A DNA stretch of 64,000 nt from Octopus sinensis. Lineage: Eukaryota. The stretch is taken from the NCBI RefSeq assembly GCF_006345805.1, contig NC_043021.1, positions 23,746,001 through 23,810,000 of the forward strand, read 5' to 3'. Each line of letters opens with the position of its first letter. Position 1 is the first letter of the stretch. Shown in pieces: positions 12,560-25,770 of the stretch. The notes below the pieces were generated by a model. It had not been told where the DNA came from, ran no database searches, and saw nothing but the letters and a program-made list of their open reading frames with translations. The translations under genes were made by a program, and so were the position numbers.

Positions 12560-12780
12560 AGGCGGCGAGCTGGCAGAAACGTTAGCTCGCTGGGCGAAAT
12601 ACTTAGCGGTATTTCGTCTGTCTTCATGTTCTGAGTTCAAATTCCACCGTGGTCGACTTTGCCTTTCATCGTTTCGGAGTCGATAAATTAAGTGCTAGTT
12701 GAGTACTGGGGTCGATGTAATCGACTGGCCCCCTCTCCCTCGAAAATTTTGGGCCTTGTGCCTAAAGTAGAAAAGAATAT
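12560..12780 (+). mobile_element. tRNA-derived SINE family B (GGCGGCGAGCTGGCAGAA... GAGTTCAAATTCC)
   Basis: Homologous to 20697, 22530, 26780. Confidence 0.85.
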
Positions 12781-12999
12781 TTTCATTTTACAAACTTAAC
12801 GGCTCAAGCGAAGAGCAAGAAAAAAAAAAACGTTTTATTGAGTAGCTTAAACCCGTTCTGAATGGACAACAACGAGAGCAACAGCAGCAGTAGCAGCAAC
12901 AACAGTAAGATCAACAACAACAGCAACAACAGTAAGATCAACAACAACAGCAACAACAATGATTTATTATTAGTGATGATAATAATAATCCTTTCTCCT

Positions 13000-13150
13000 A
13001 TAGGCACAAGGCCTGGATTTTGTGGAGAGGGGAACAATCGTTTACTCCACACCAGTACTGGCGCTTAATTTATCGACCCCGAAAATATGAAAGGCAATCT
13101 CGACCTTGACGGAATTTGAACTCAGAACGTAACGGCAGACTAAATACCGC
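13000..13150 (-). mobile_element. SINE family B fragment
   Basis: Reverse-strand match to the family B body. Confidence 0.7.
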
Positions 13151-13499
13151 TAAGCAACAGCAGTAACAAAAACAACAACAACAATAGCAATAATAATAAT
13201 AATAATAATGATGAGGATGATGATAATAATAATAATAATATAATAATAATAATAATAATAATTTTGATATTGATTTAAATTTAATTTTACTCAAAAGCCG
13301 CCGTAAACTTGATACTATTCGTCTGAATTTGCCTTTAATTTCATTTTAAAATATTTAGAGGGGGTTACGGTTCGTAGTATCAGATGTTTCTCAACACCTC
13401 TATCCATGTCTCTGATTGGTTAATACGTTTTTATAAATAAGCACGGTCAGTGTCAACTGTGTTACCGCATCCACCAACCGTTTATGGGAAAATTTCACT

Positions 13500-13970
13500 C
13501 GTTTCTCTAGAAAGACCATGGATGCAGATATTTATTGCCAACAATTTGATAGTATAAATGAAAAATTACGTCAAAAGCGACCATCTTTGGTAAACGGAAA
13601 GGGTGTTATTCTTCAGCAGGATAATGCATAGCCACATTCTTCAAAACAACCCCGCCAAATAAGATCGCTAGAATGGAAGTTCTTCCACATCTTCCATGTT
13701 CGCCTGATTTAGCAACTGCGGAATTCCCTCTGTTCTGGCCACTAGAACATTTTATGAAACTGAGAGGAAGTTGAAAACAGACTTTCAAACATTTTTCAGG
13801 GAGAAAAATCGGTTTCTTTGAACGTGGCATAAAAATGTCACTTTCCCGCTGGGCTGCTGCCACTTAAAATGATGGTAATTACAGTCTTGACTAAAACTAT
13901 TCAGATAAATGCAGTTTACATTGCTTTCTATATCCTGGTAAAACGCAATTACTTTCCGAACAGACTAATA
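13500..13970 (+). mobile_element. Mariner transposase 3' remnant with right TIR
   Basis: YCQQFD...VILQQDNA*PH...LPHLPCSPDLA; ends ...AATTACTTTCCGAACAGACTAATA. Confidence 0.75.
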
Positions 13971-14004
13971 CAAACCCACGCACAAATACACACACACACA
14001 CACA

Positions 14005-14047
<43 letters not shown>

Positions 14048-14744
14048 GCATATACACACACACGTATATACATACAGACATACATGGTGGCTGCCCCTCG
14101 CTACCGAGTATGGCCATTGCGTGAAGCTTAATCAATGTTGTTATCGTGCAATACCTGTGCAAGATTATTTTTTTAAAGTGAGGAAAGGCTGTGCACTGAG
14201 TCAATCCCACTCACTAAGCAACAGCAGCCATAATCCGAAAAGAACATCGCCGGTAACCACTGAACCGCAGGTTTTATGTCGGAGTTATCCCAGTTACCTG
14301 AGTTACCTTCTCCTAGAAGGATGCCCTAACAAAGGCTAGGAGTCCTTCACTTCCAATGGCTTAACCGAGCGATCGGGTATTCAGTCCGATTATTTCTATG
14401 TCCCCGCGCATGATATATCCTTAAGACATTTATTGGATGGCCATTGACTCTCAAAAGTTCCTCCGCCCTTTGACGGGGTTTGTTTTTCATCCCGCATGGT
14501 GTCCAATAAACACTCTCCTAACCAAGCAAGCTTGGTGGGGTTGCCGGTTTAGTCGCCGACGACCCGACCATGCAACAGGTTGTACTGGGTTACATGTTAC
14601 CAGTAGCACTCGAAAGTGACCTGATATACATACATACATACATACATACATACATACATACATACATACATACATACATACATACATACATACATACATA
14701 CATACATAATACATACATGCATGCATGCATGCATGCATACATAC

Positions 14745-14917
14745 GAATACACACACTTGCATGAGTGATACAGATTAACGAGTGGAAAAAGCTGGTAACT
14801 GCATCGACAAGGTTGTGAATACATACAAGTATATAGAAACAAATGAGTTAAAGTATAATGCAGTTACCAGCTTTTCCCACTCGTTAATCTGTATCACTCA
14901 TACAAGTGTGTGCATTC
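14745..14917. repeat. 60-bp inverted repeat with 53-nt spacer (MITE-like hairpin)
   Basis: 14745-14804 vs 14858-14917, three mismatches. Confidence 0.9.
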
Positions 14918-15104
14918 ATCCAATACAACTGAATAAATAGGCATACTTGAATGCTTACTGGCTGATGTCTGTCCATTTTATATCCTCTCCATTTTCTTGT
15001 TTGCCGTATGAATATATAATACTCAGTTACGAGATTGCCATGCAATAACAAGTACTTGACTATGAATAATTGGGTACACTACGAGCAGTATATTCTCAAC
15101 CTCT

Positions 15105-15290
15105 AGATCGTTAGCCGCTACACACATTTTTTATCTCCTTGTTTTTTCTGTGTCCCTTTCTGTAGAAGAGCGTAGGCTCGAAGCGTAAAAGACTTTTTCT
15201 ATTCCTGAGCGTTATACTAATACATCTGTTTGTTTTGTGCACCACCTGTCTTCGTCTTTTGTTTTTTTCGTAAACTCTCCTATATATATA
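15105..15290 (+). mobile_element. Penelope pLTR-like fragment with degenerate hammerhead motif (15156-15191)
   Basis: CTTT-CTGTAGA-A-GAGC/GCTC-GAAGC-GTA-AAAG; shares TCCTGAGCGT...AATA with the 10340 fragment. Confidence 0.5.
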
Positions 15291-15604
15291 TATATATATA
15301 CATATATACACATATCATACATAGAATTGTATGTGTGTATACGTTTATGTTTATTTCTTTCTCCACCATCTGACAACCGGTGTTGGTTTATTTAAGACTC
15401 CTAACCTCAACTAAGCGGTTACGCAAAAAGACACCGATAGAATGGGTATCCAAATATTTTTTAAATCAGTATGGAGGGCGATTTGTTTGCCTGAAACCCT
15501 TCAAGACCGTGACCCAGCGTGGTCGCAGTCCAATGAGTGAAAAAAGTAAAAGATAAAAGGAAATGCATTAATATATACATATGCTGAAGCACTGATATAC
15601 TAAC

Positions 15605-15704
15605 CTTTGCGGGGTAGCATAACATCTGGCATTCTTTGTTTCCTTGGATTAGAAAATCCGGTTAATACAAATGACATCAAAATAACCGTGGAGAACTTCC
15701 ACAT
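15605..15704 (-). CDS. STC: Stanniocalcin-like paralog B, exon 1 (MWKFSTVILMSFVLTGFSNPRKQRMPDVMLPRK + 1 nt)
   Basis: 36/42 nt identical to gene A over the first 14 codons, homologous 5' UTR, donor G|GTTAGT (phase 1). Confidence 0.8.
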
Positions 15705-15854
15705 GCTTGCCTATTTCTTTCTTTATACTTAAATGACAAGGTCTTGTGTTGCTTCTAACGTGTACTGTCTTCAAGTTATAGGCTCGGACTCACGCGCTCA
15801 CACTTCACATATTTTAAATATATATGTGTGTGTGTGTATGTATGTATATGTATG

Positions 15855-15925
<71 letters not shown>

Positions 15926-15926
15926 G

Positions 15927-15977
<51 letters not shown>

Positions 15978-16028
15978 AGATATGCATACATCCATACTTA
16001 CATACCTACATATACACACACACACACG

Positions 16029-16079
<51 letters not shown>

Positions 16080-16083
16080 GTAT

Positions 16084-16127
<44 letters not shown>

Positions 16128-16589
16128 TATACATACAGAAAGAGAGAGTGAGAGAAAAATGTATGTATGTATTGTATGCCTATAAAACACACATATACGT
16201 ACGCATAATACACGCGCCATCTTTAACAAGCTGGCAGAGTATAATAAATTAGTTAAAGAATATAAATAAAACATAATGTCTTAAGAGAAAGAAAGAGAAC
16301 TCGCTATTACATTGTTTTGGTGTCAGGAAAAACTCAATGTATCTTTCCATATGTTTTTTTTTTGCGTTAATTCCAGTCGTTTGTATTCAGCACGTAACAG
16401 TAACTCTAAAGCCCTGGTAACAAGATTTCTGATTACACAATATCAAACTTACGGAAATTGTATGACATAACAGTTAATTTGATAATTTCGCCTTCACGGA
16501 GATTTGGGTTAAGTTTTAACGATTTTAAAAACTAAAACCATGATATCCATATATGTACGAAAAAATAATCTATTTTTAAAATAACCCTT

Positions 16590-16710
16590 TCTACTATAGG
16601 CACAAGGCCTGAAACTAAGGGTGGGTGCTAATCGATTACATCGATTCCAATAGTCAACTCGTACTCTTTTCATCGACTCCGAAAGGATAACCTCGGCGGA
16701 ATCTGCACCC
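16590..16710 (-). mobile_element. SINE family B fragment
   Basis: Reverse-strand match (GCACAAGGCCTGAAA...CTCGGCGGAAT). Confidence 0.6.
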
Positions 16711-18089
16711 AGAGCGTAGCCACTGACGACATGCCGCAAAGACACCGCCCGGCGTGCCAACGCCGCCTTCTATTTTAAAAATAATGTTTGGTATGATACT
16801 TTGATACACCCAGCAGCTCTTTTTGTCACTGTCTTCTTCATTCTCTGAACAGTTATGTTGATTACTGCCTACAGCTTTAATTTTTTTGCGAACTAATTTT
16901 TTCGTTATCATTTTTTTTATTTGTCATTGCTCTCAAATTTCTTGACTACACCTATCCACGTCCTCCTCTTCTCCACCTTGTTTGTATATGCTGGAAGACA
17001 AAGAAATGTGTTAGAATGGAGATTACTCTTTCCTTGGATTCTTCTGTTTTACAATTTGGTGTGGATTCTCGTATCTATCGCTGCTGCTTTCGAATAAATA
17101 TAAACGTATACAATATAATGCATTGAAACTGGAGAAAATGTATGAGGTGGAATTGAAGGCAGTAATGCGAAAAGTCGTTTGAGACAGGTTAATCTAATCG
17201 TCAAGCTTGATGTTTCACAAAGATTTCGTGCAGAAGAATAACTCTTACATTCCTAAATGCATACATACACACATAGGTACATATGAATATGATAATTACC
17301 TCGCCTTGTCGGACGATACCCGTCTCACATTCAGCCTGATTGTTCTGTTATATTTTCACCCCTGCATGTGTGCGGAGATCTGTTTCCAGGATGTCGCCAC
17401 ACATCCAGCGCAATAGGACTTCATAAAGTACAAAACGGTTGATCAAGAAATGAAATGATAGCGAGACATCAATACGTCATTGAATTTAGGTGACAAAGAT
17501 TGCCGATGTTGGTTCCAGTGGTAAGCATTGCAAGATGATTGTTACTATTTTGATAGAATGTTTTATGTCAGAGTATCTTGCTCCTAGAAGAGATGTCGTA
17601 CTCACGGTTCTGTCAAAAATAACGGAAGCCTCTCCTACCCTTGGGAAATATATTCAACTCGTAGATGGGACTCTGACAGCCACTATCGTTCTGGGTCAGC
17701 ACGGACCTTGGAGTAATGGTATTTAAGGGGTGAAGCCTGGTGCTTATTCCCTGTAGGCCTGGTGCTGAACAGCTAAATTACAGGGTCGCAAACGCACCAA
17801 CATCGGTTGTCAAACAATGGTGGTGGTGGTGGTCAAACACAAACACACACACATACATACATACATAAATGCATACATACATGCATACATACATATAGAA
17901 AAGGCTTGGAGGTAGTGGTGATGCTGGTTGGTGCGATCTTGTGGTTTTCTGTTATGCCGGGAGAGATCCAGCGAGCCCCTAACTGGTTCTCCAAACTTAA
18001 AAGTGTAATGTGGATGTGTAATGATCGAGCGGCTGGTGTGGTGGTGATGCTAGCTGGTGCGGCGGTCTTCCCCACAGTAGTTCATGGTA

Positions 18090-18720
18090 GACAACATTTT
18101 GTGTGTATGCCACACCACGTTTTTGGCCTTGTTTGTTATCCCAATTGAGTATCATAATCCTCACTTTGATATTGTTCATAGATCGTGCTCTTGAAAATGC
18201 GACATATAATTGGCCATGAGAAAATACCGGTTGAGGCAAATGTATTCTTACATTTTCAAATGTTTGCCTTTGAGCCTTATTAATTGTCATTGAATATGCA
18301 AATTGAAGTGGAAACCGAAGTCTGTTTAATGTGAATGGAATATTTGCATCACTTGGGCTAAGTTTAATTCTGAGAATTAGAACTGTACGACCTCTTTTGG
18401 AGTCTGTTACCAATGATGCCTCTATACAATGTTCATGAAGTCTTTGCACTCTCATGCAAGTTCCATTACATAATCCTTAACTGATCGAAAGATTTCTTAG
18501 CAGCATTACAATAACCTTACATTTAAGTTGAGGCGATGAGGAGACATACCGGATGGAGTGAATGAGTTTATGAATTTAAATGGATAGTTCTGAACCTCCT
18601 CTTCATTATTGCAGGACACTGAATCTGTCCTTAAGTACGTTTTAAGTGCCTCTGGTATAATATTAAGAACTTTTTCATTTATTGCAAGACAGTCAGAATT
18701 TTTAGCGTGCAGCTGGTGAA
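18090..18720 (-). mobile_element. Helitron Pif1-type helicase C-terminal remnant
   Basis: INSFTPSGMSPHRLNL; RFPLQFAYSMTINKAQRQT; FSHGQLYVAFSRARS; TQNVVYHELL; frameshifted. Confidence 0.85.
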
Positions 18721-19815
18721 ACTTTCTGGGTACAAATGTACAAATTGAAATGCAAAAGAACGAAATAATAAATGGATTTATTATTTGCAAACATGTTTTG
18801 ACTGACCTAAATTATACACACGCACAAATACATTCATATATATATGTCTGGAGTTGTAGCTGTAATTCAAAAATGCCGTCTTGTCATATTCTTTGTGAGG
18901 TTGAATCTACCTGAGAACTATGTTAATGTTATGCATGCTTGTGGAGTACTCAGCCATTTGTGAGTTAATTTTATCCTCGTGTGGTAATGAAAACTGAACT
19001 TGACACCCAATATTTGCTGTGTCTGTGTATCTAGATACGAACTTTTCTTTGGATTTTTGTATCTACTATCGCACTTTCTTTCTAGTTCACTTCCTTTGTG
19101 CCCCTCTTCTCTTTTGATTTAACAATGTATATATGTATCTATGTATCTACTTCTCTTGTGATGTGATTAACATTGAAAAACACAAAACGAATTCCGTACC
19201 CACCCACTGTCTCTTTCATTCTCTCTTTCTCTTTCTCTCTTACTTCCTCTCTATCCTCCTCTCTCTCGCTTTGCCACTTCTTTGAAGTAAGTGCGACGCA
19301 CACAACAGTACGTACAAAACAAAAAAAATAGCCTATTAATATTATTGATGATTATTAATAGAGCAATAGGATACATACCGGCCCGTCTGGAGCAAAGTAT
19401 GGATGAACATGGGTTTTGGCAGGTGAACGGAAATCATTAATTTATACACTACAAATGATCACGATATCCGAGACTATAAAACTCTTCAAGGCTTTAAGTT
19501 TTAACAGGTGGTGAGTGAAGCAAGATGCTGTCCTTCACAACCTTGCCACCAAGCAGGTGACCGGTCAAAATATATTCTCAATTAAAAAGAGAAAGAGATG
19601 AACATACATAAATGATAATGCGCACAACTAATAATTATATTTATGGTGAGTCATAAAGATAAATAGCATAAAAGATGCCAACTTAAGATATAAGAACTTT
19701 GTTTCACGATGCGGTGAGGACTGATTTATGAGTCTATGAAACAGCTGCGTTGTAGTTATATATACATGCATATATGTTTGTATATATTTATCATGTGTAA
19801 ATTTATGTATGTACA

Positions 19816-19916
<101 letters not shown>

Positions 19917-20228
19917 ACTAACAAATATAGGATGAAGCCCCTTTCTCTACAGAAAAGAATTCCATCAGGAAGCGTGGCAGTATATTAAAAAAACCTTTAC
20001 GGTTGAAATATGAACATTTTATAATAAAGGGCTAAAGAAGATATTTCTGAAGCCAATATACTGGTTATCCACTTATAATCCACTTGCTACACGAAAAATT
20101 GAACTGAAAATCGGGCAACTAACCTTTAGAAAATTTAAATTTCGTTATCTCTATATTGAATCAATTTCGGAATTAATCCTATAAAGGATACGTTCTTCGT
20201 CAGTAGAGCTTACGAGGGAATATAAATA

Positions 20229-20274
<46 letters not shown>

Positions 20275-20696
20275 TATGTACGCTTCTAAGTATGTATGTA
20301 TGTATGTATGTATGAGTGTGTGAGTGTTTGCCTGCTTGCATATGTGCATGTATGTATGTATAACTGAACAATTATTCTGTGCTGATGAGGGGAAATAACC
20401 CGGAAATCTCGATACTAATATTGTTTTGAGCTGTGAGGGTGTGCTAAATGCCCTTGTTCGAAAATATAAGGACACAGATCGTGTCGTATAGTTAGCTGGA
20501 GACGATGTCTCCTTGGGCTAAATTACAGCAACATTCGTCCTAAACCAGGACTGCCAATGTTATGTTGGAAGAAATCCCAGCACTGGTGGTATCTTCTACA
20601 TGCAACACAGTCCTTTACCTACTCCACTTCTTAGTAAATAGAGCCTGTCGTATTATCTTTAGAGTGGTGTCTGTTATGCATACTGAGCATCTTGTT

Positions 20697-21060
20697 AATG
20701 TGGTGAGCTGGCAGAAGTGTTAGCACGCCGGGCGAAATGCTTAGCGGTATTTCGTTTGCGGTTACGTTCTGAGTTCAAATTCCACTGAGGTCGACTTTGC
20801 CTTTCATCCTTTCGGGGTCGATAAATTAAATACCAGTTACGCACTGGGGTCGATATAATCGACTTAATCCGTCTGTCTGTCCTTGTTTGTTTCCTCTGTT
20901 TTTAGCCCCTTGTGGGTAGTAAATAAACAAGTATTTCGTCTGTTGCAACGTTCTGAGTTTAAATTCCGCCGAGGTCGACTTTGCGTTTCATCCTTTCAGG
21001 TCGATGAAATAAGTACCAGTTCCCCACAAAATTTTCGAGGCCTTGTGCCTAGAGTAGAAA
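20697..21060 (+). mobile_element. SINE family B with a partial second internal unit
   Basis: Head at 20697; GTATTTCGTCTG... unit restarts at 20931. Confidence 0.8.
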
Positions 21061-21329
21061 TAATAATAATAATTATTATCATCATCATCATCATCATCAT
21101 CATTATTATTATTGTTTGGAAAAATAGAACGTTTGTTCATGGCTCGTCAGTTTCCTTTAGAATATGTTTTATTATTTGGTATACGAATTATTGTTTAACT
21201 GTTTACTAGATAAGGTAGCTCGCTTTGCTTGCAGTTCACTGGTCTGGCGAAAACTTCGCTTTTGAAAGACGAATTTTGAAAATAATGATAAAATAACAAC
21301 ACAAGCACGACCTCCCCTACCGCTACCAC

Positions 21330-21900
21330 CAATACAAAAATTAATACAACCAAAACATCGGCGTTCTTATTTCTAAACAAACTGGGTTTCGCTTCGCACA
21401 ATTATGTCGTAGAAGGAAGGACGTTGACGTGTCTGAAAACAAGGTAAGCGATGCAAAAGCACACTTTACAAAGAGTGACAGAATAATATTTCTAAACACG
21501 CCAGAGGAAATAGAGGAAGACACTAAAAAAGTATTATATACAAATAGCACTACTCTGGAGGTTACAGGAGCAAACTTTAACAAAATAAAATCAGTGGGCC
21601 TACAGAGAGGTAGGTCCATACAGTCCAATAACGTCGTGGAACGCTGGACGTGAAGGCCGGTTAAATAGCTCGGGGTCTAGTTTGGTCTGCATCTCCTGGT
21701 GGAGAAAAGATAGTACAAGGTAACGATCAGGGTGGCTAATGTCACTGAGAAATAGGCTGTGATTAAGCTGTCCCTGACAAGTCGGGCAAAGGTGGCGAAT
21801 GCTTACGTCACTCCGTTATATATTATCGTCTGACCCAGTTTACGCCTGACCAAACTTGAGCGCGCATTCTTCCGCTCTCTGTGGTAGGGAGGTGTTTCAC
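21330..21900 (+). mobile_element. L1/Tx1-like remnant: ORF1-like piece fused to the post-RT part of ORF2
   Basis: VVERWT*RPVK*LGV*FG...KLSLTSRAKVANAYV...LTKLERAFFRSLW aligns with GRWTDGPVKLLGVWFG...KLSLKGWAEVANAYI at 48600-48870. Confidence 0.65.
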
Positions 21901-21904
21901 TAAT

Positions 21905-22132
21905 CAGGCGCTTCATTGTTTCTGCTTTCAGGCTCCACATTCAGGTTGTTTTTATTTCCAGGTCTAGGTATTTCGGCAGTTTATCTGTTTCTTTTAGAGA
22001 TACAGAGATAGATTACCATCTGTCGGGACTGATATGTCGGTTAGAAGGCATTTATTTTCTTGGTTGTCCTTGAGAACAATATCTGGTGTATTAGACTTGA
22101 TCTCACCTCTATCTGTGTATAGTAGCATAAAC
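21905..22132 (-). mobile_element. R4/Dong-like RLE nuclease remnant
   Basis: TDRGEIKSNTPDIVLKD...CLLTDISVPTD...KLPKYLDLEI...MWSLK. Confidence 0.7.
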
Positions 22133-22269
22133 TATACTTTGAATAAAATGGGAGGATAGTTAAATGTACTTTAAAGCAATAAAATTTAAGTCTAACAGGC
22201 GATATCCTTTATGGCTAAAAATAGAAGAGCTACAACATAAAGTAATGAGATTCTACCCACCTCCTTTAA

Positions 22270-22500
22270 TGCAGCTTACATTTGTCTAATACACTGGTTT
22301 CAAATTTGGGGACAAGGCAAGCAATTTTGAGGGAATTGCCAAGTAAAATACATCGACCACACCAGTGCTCCACTAGTAGTTATTCAATCAACCCCGAAAA
22401 TCGAATTCGGTGGAATTTGAAATCAGAACGTAAAGACGGCCGAAATGCCGCAAGTATTTTGCGCAGCGCGCTAACGATTCTGTCATCTCGCCACCTAACA
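22270..22500 (-). mobile_element. SINE family B copy
   Basis: Reverse-strand match. Confidence 0.7.
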
Positions 22501-22529
22501 TCTGTTTAATATATTAGGCTGTCAGAAGG

Positions 22530-23320
22530 CTGCAAACTGGCTGAATCGTTAGCGCGCCGGGCAAAATGCTTAGCGGTATTTCGTCTGCGTTACGTTGTGA
22601 GTTCAAATTCCGCCGAGGTCGACTTTGCCTTTCATCCTTTCGGGGTCGATAAATTAAGTACCAGTTACGCACTGGGGTCGATGTAATCGACTTAATACCT
22701 ATGTCTGTCCTTGTTTGTCCCCTCTGTGTTTAGCCCCTTGTGGGTAATAAAGAAATAGGTATTTCGTCTGCCGCTACGTTCTGAGTTCAAATACCGCCGA
22801 GGTCGACTTTGCCTTTCATCCTTTCGGGGTCGATTAAATAAGTACCAGTTACGCACTGGTGTCGATGTAATTGACTTAATCTGTTTGTCTGTCCTTATTC
22901 GCCCCCTCTATGTGTAGCCCCTTGTGGGTAATAAAGAAATAGGTATTTCGTTCTTGTTTACGTTCTGAGTTCAAATTCCGCCGAGGTTGACTTTACCTCT
23001 CATCATATCAAGGTTGATAAAACAAGTAGAAGTTGACCACAGGGGTCGATGTACTCGTTTGTAATCACCCCCCATAATTTCAGTTCTTGTGCAGTAGAGA
23101 AGGGTAGAAACGTAACATTGGGCGGCGAACTGGCAGAATCATTAGCATGCCGTGCAAAATACTTAGAGGCATTTCGTCTGCGTTTACGTTCTGAGTTCAA
23201 ATTCCAGCGAAGTCGACTTTACCTTTCGTCTTTCGAAATCGATAGAATAAGTACCAGTTGATGTAATCAACTTAGCCCTCCTCTAAAATTGCTGTCCATA
23301 AGCCAAAATTTGAAACGAAT
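22530..23320 (+). mobile_element. SINE family B with three tandem units of about 182 bp, followed by a further copy
   Basis: TATTTCGT... unit starts at about 22577, 22760, 22944; new head at about 23121. Confidence 0.85.
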
Positions 23321-23483
23321 ACATTAAGGTGTCAGATAATTTTTTTTATTGTTTTCCCCCTGCTTCTCACTTTTAAAAAGTGTAAAGATAAACGATAAAC
23401 CAAAGTGGCAGACAAAGAACAAGTCTATAAATAAACCATAAAACACTACGAAAGAAATATTAATTCGAATAACATTGTAAAGG

Positions 23484-23890
23484 AGGCGCAGGAGTGGCTG
23501 TGTGGTAAGTAGCTTGCTAACCAACCACATGGTTCCGGGTTCAGTCCCACTGCGTGGCATCTTGGGCAAGTGTCTTCTGCTATAGCCCTGGGCCGACCAA
23601 TGCCTTGTGAGTGGATTTGGTAGACGGAAACTGAAAGAAGCCTGTCGTATATATGTATATATATATATGTATGTGTGTGTTTGTGTGTCTGTGTCTGTCC
23701 CCCTAGCATTGCTTGACAACCGATGCTGGCGTGTTTACGTCCCCGTCACATAGCGGTTCGGCAAAAGAGACCGATAGAATAAGTAGTGGGCTTACAAAGA
23801 ATAAGTCCCGGGGTCGAGTTGTTCGACTAAAGGCGGTGCTCCAGCATGGCCGCAGTGAAATGACTGAAACAAGTAAAAGAGTAAAAAGAG
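23484..23890 (+). mobile_element. SINE family A, full-length copy
   Basis: GGCGCAGGAGTGGCTGTGTGGTAAG head through GTAAAAGAGTAAAA tail. Confidence 0.9.
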
Positions 23891-24534
23891 AGATCAAAAT
23901 AGACAGGTGGGTTGGTTTGTGGGAGGGGAGGTGACTGGAAACGAACATATTTTTCTGACAACCTGATAGAACTGAAATCTATTCCAAAGCCTAGCAGCTT
24001 GGACCGCTCATTCACCTCCACCCGACCCCATCCTCTGTCATTATAAGTCCCTAAAGTGCTAGACATAGCAGCCATTTATTCTACACACTATACCATTGTC
24101 ATCTTAAGGACAAAATGTCGCTATGCCTTAAGTTGGAGCATGCCTGAATTTAACTAACCATCAGCCCCAGCACCACTACCACAAAAAACAGCAGCAGCAG
24201 CACCACACCACCACCGCCACCATCACCACCAAAAACAATAATAATTACAACAACAACAGCTGCAAGTATGAAATCCACTGCAGCAGCAGCAGCAGCAGCG
24301 TTTGCGGGCTTAAGAATCGTTGTTATAATAAAGCACCTGCAAGCATTGTAACTATTAGTTACTATTGTAATTATGATGGGTGTAAGGGGGGATAACTCTA
24401 AATACTTTGCACAAGTTGTAGCACGAATCGAGCTATCATCGACAAACCATAACTTATGAACTAAGTCTTTCCAGTAATGACCATCCTGTCGTATTTTCAG
24501 ACATATTACATCTAGGACTTTACCATCTAATAAG

Positions 24535-25145
<611 letters not shown>

Positions 25146-25712
25146 CTGTCTCACCTCGTGCTCTTCCGTCTCTCACAAAGAACAGAAAGGACGCATTGAA
25201 CAGCAACATGGTCGCGGATATAAAAGAAATGTGATGGCTGTGATAACAGAACGCCTGTTTTGCATGGTTTCACCGTTGAACGACCACATACACAATAACA
25301 GAAATATAAACACAACGACAATTTGCAAGGAATCATGTCAAATTTTATTTGTAGCAAAAACAAAAAACATCATCCTTTGGTGCATAGGATCTGTTTAGGT
25401 CACTGATGATGTAAAACAATAGGAGACTGGATCTAGGGAAGCGTGGCAGGGTTCCAAATCAGCGGGAATAAATTAAAGGATCAGGAAAAAAAACCAAGTC
25501 ATGTGAAGCTTATCAGATCGTTTTGAATATTTTAATTATAGTAAAGGTGACTGGAATTTTCATTCGCATTTACCTTAATTAAAATATTCACAATGATCTG
25601 ATGAGCTTCTCCTGTTTTGTTTTGTTTTTTCCTCCTTTAAATTATATATGTAATTAATATTAATATTAGGGAAGTTATTTCCGAGTCCACAGGGGAAAGA
25701 AAAAATTAGTAC

Positions 25713-25770
<58 letters not shown>

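Noticed and set aside
16715-16765. CTGACGA followed by a 7-bp hairpin
   Set aside because: No GAAA or stem III after the hairpin
16890-17440. Exon-like pieces between the two genes (AYTNKVEKRRTWIG...; LRWMCGD...)
   Set aside because: In-frame stops or weak acceptors and no Cys pattern of a third paralog; cannot support
22577-23050. CRISPR-like or satellite array
   Set aside because: Units are SINE bodies with no unique spacers; eukaryotic context
24150-24345. Alternative phase-2 last exon (CFIITTILKPANAAAA...)
   Set aside because: Runs into a (GCT)n repeat; the exon at 26576-26681 is nearer, has a stronger acceptor and places the tenth Cys correctly
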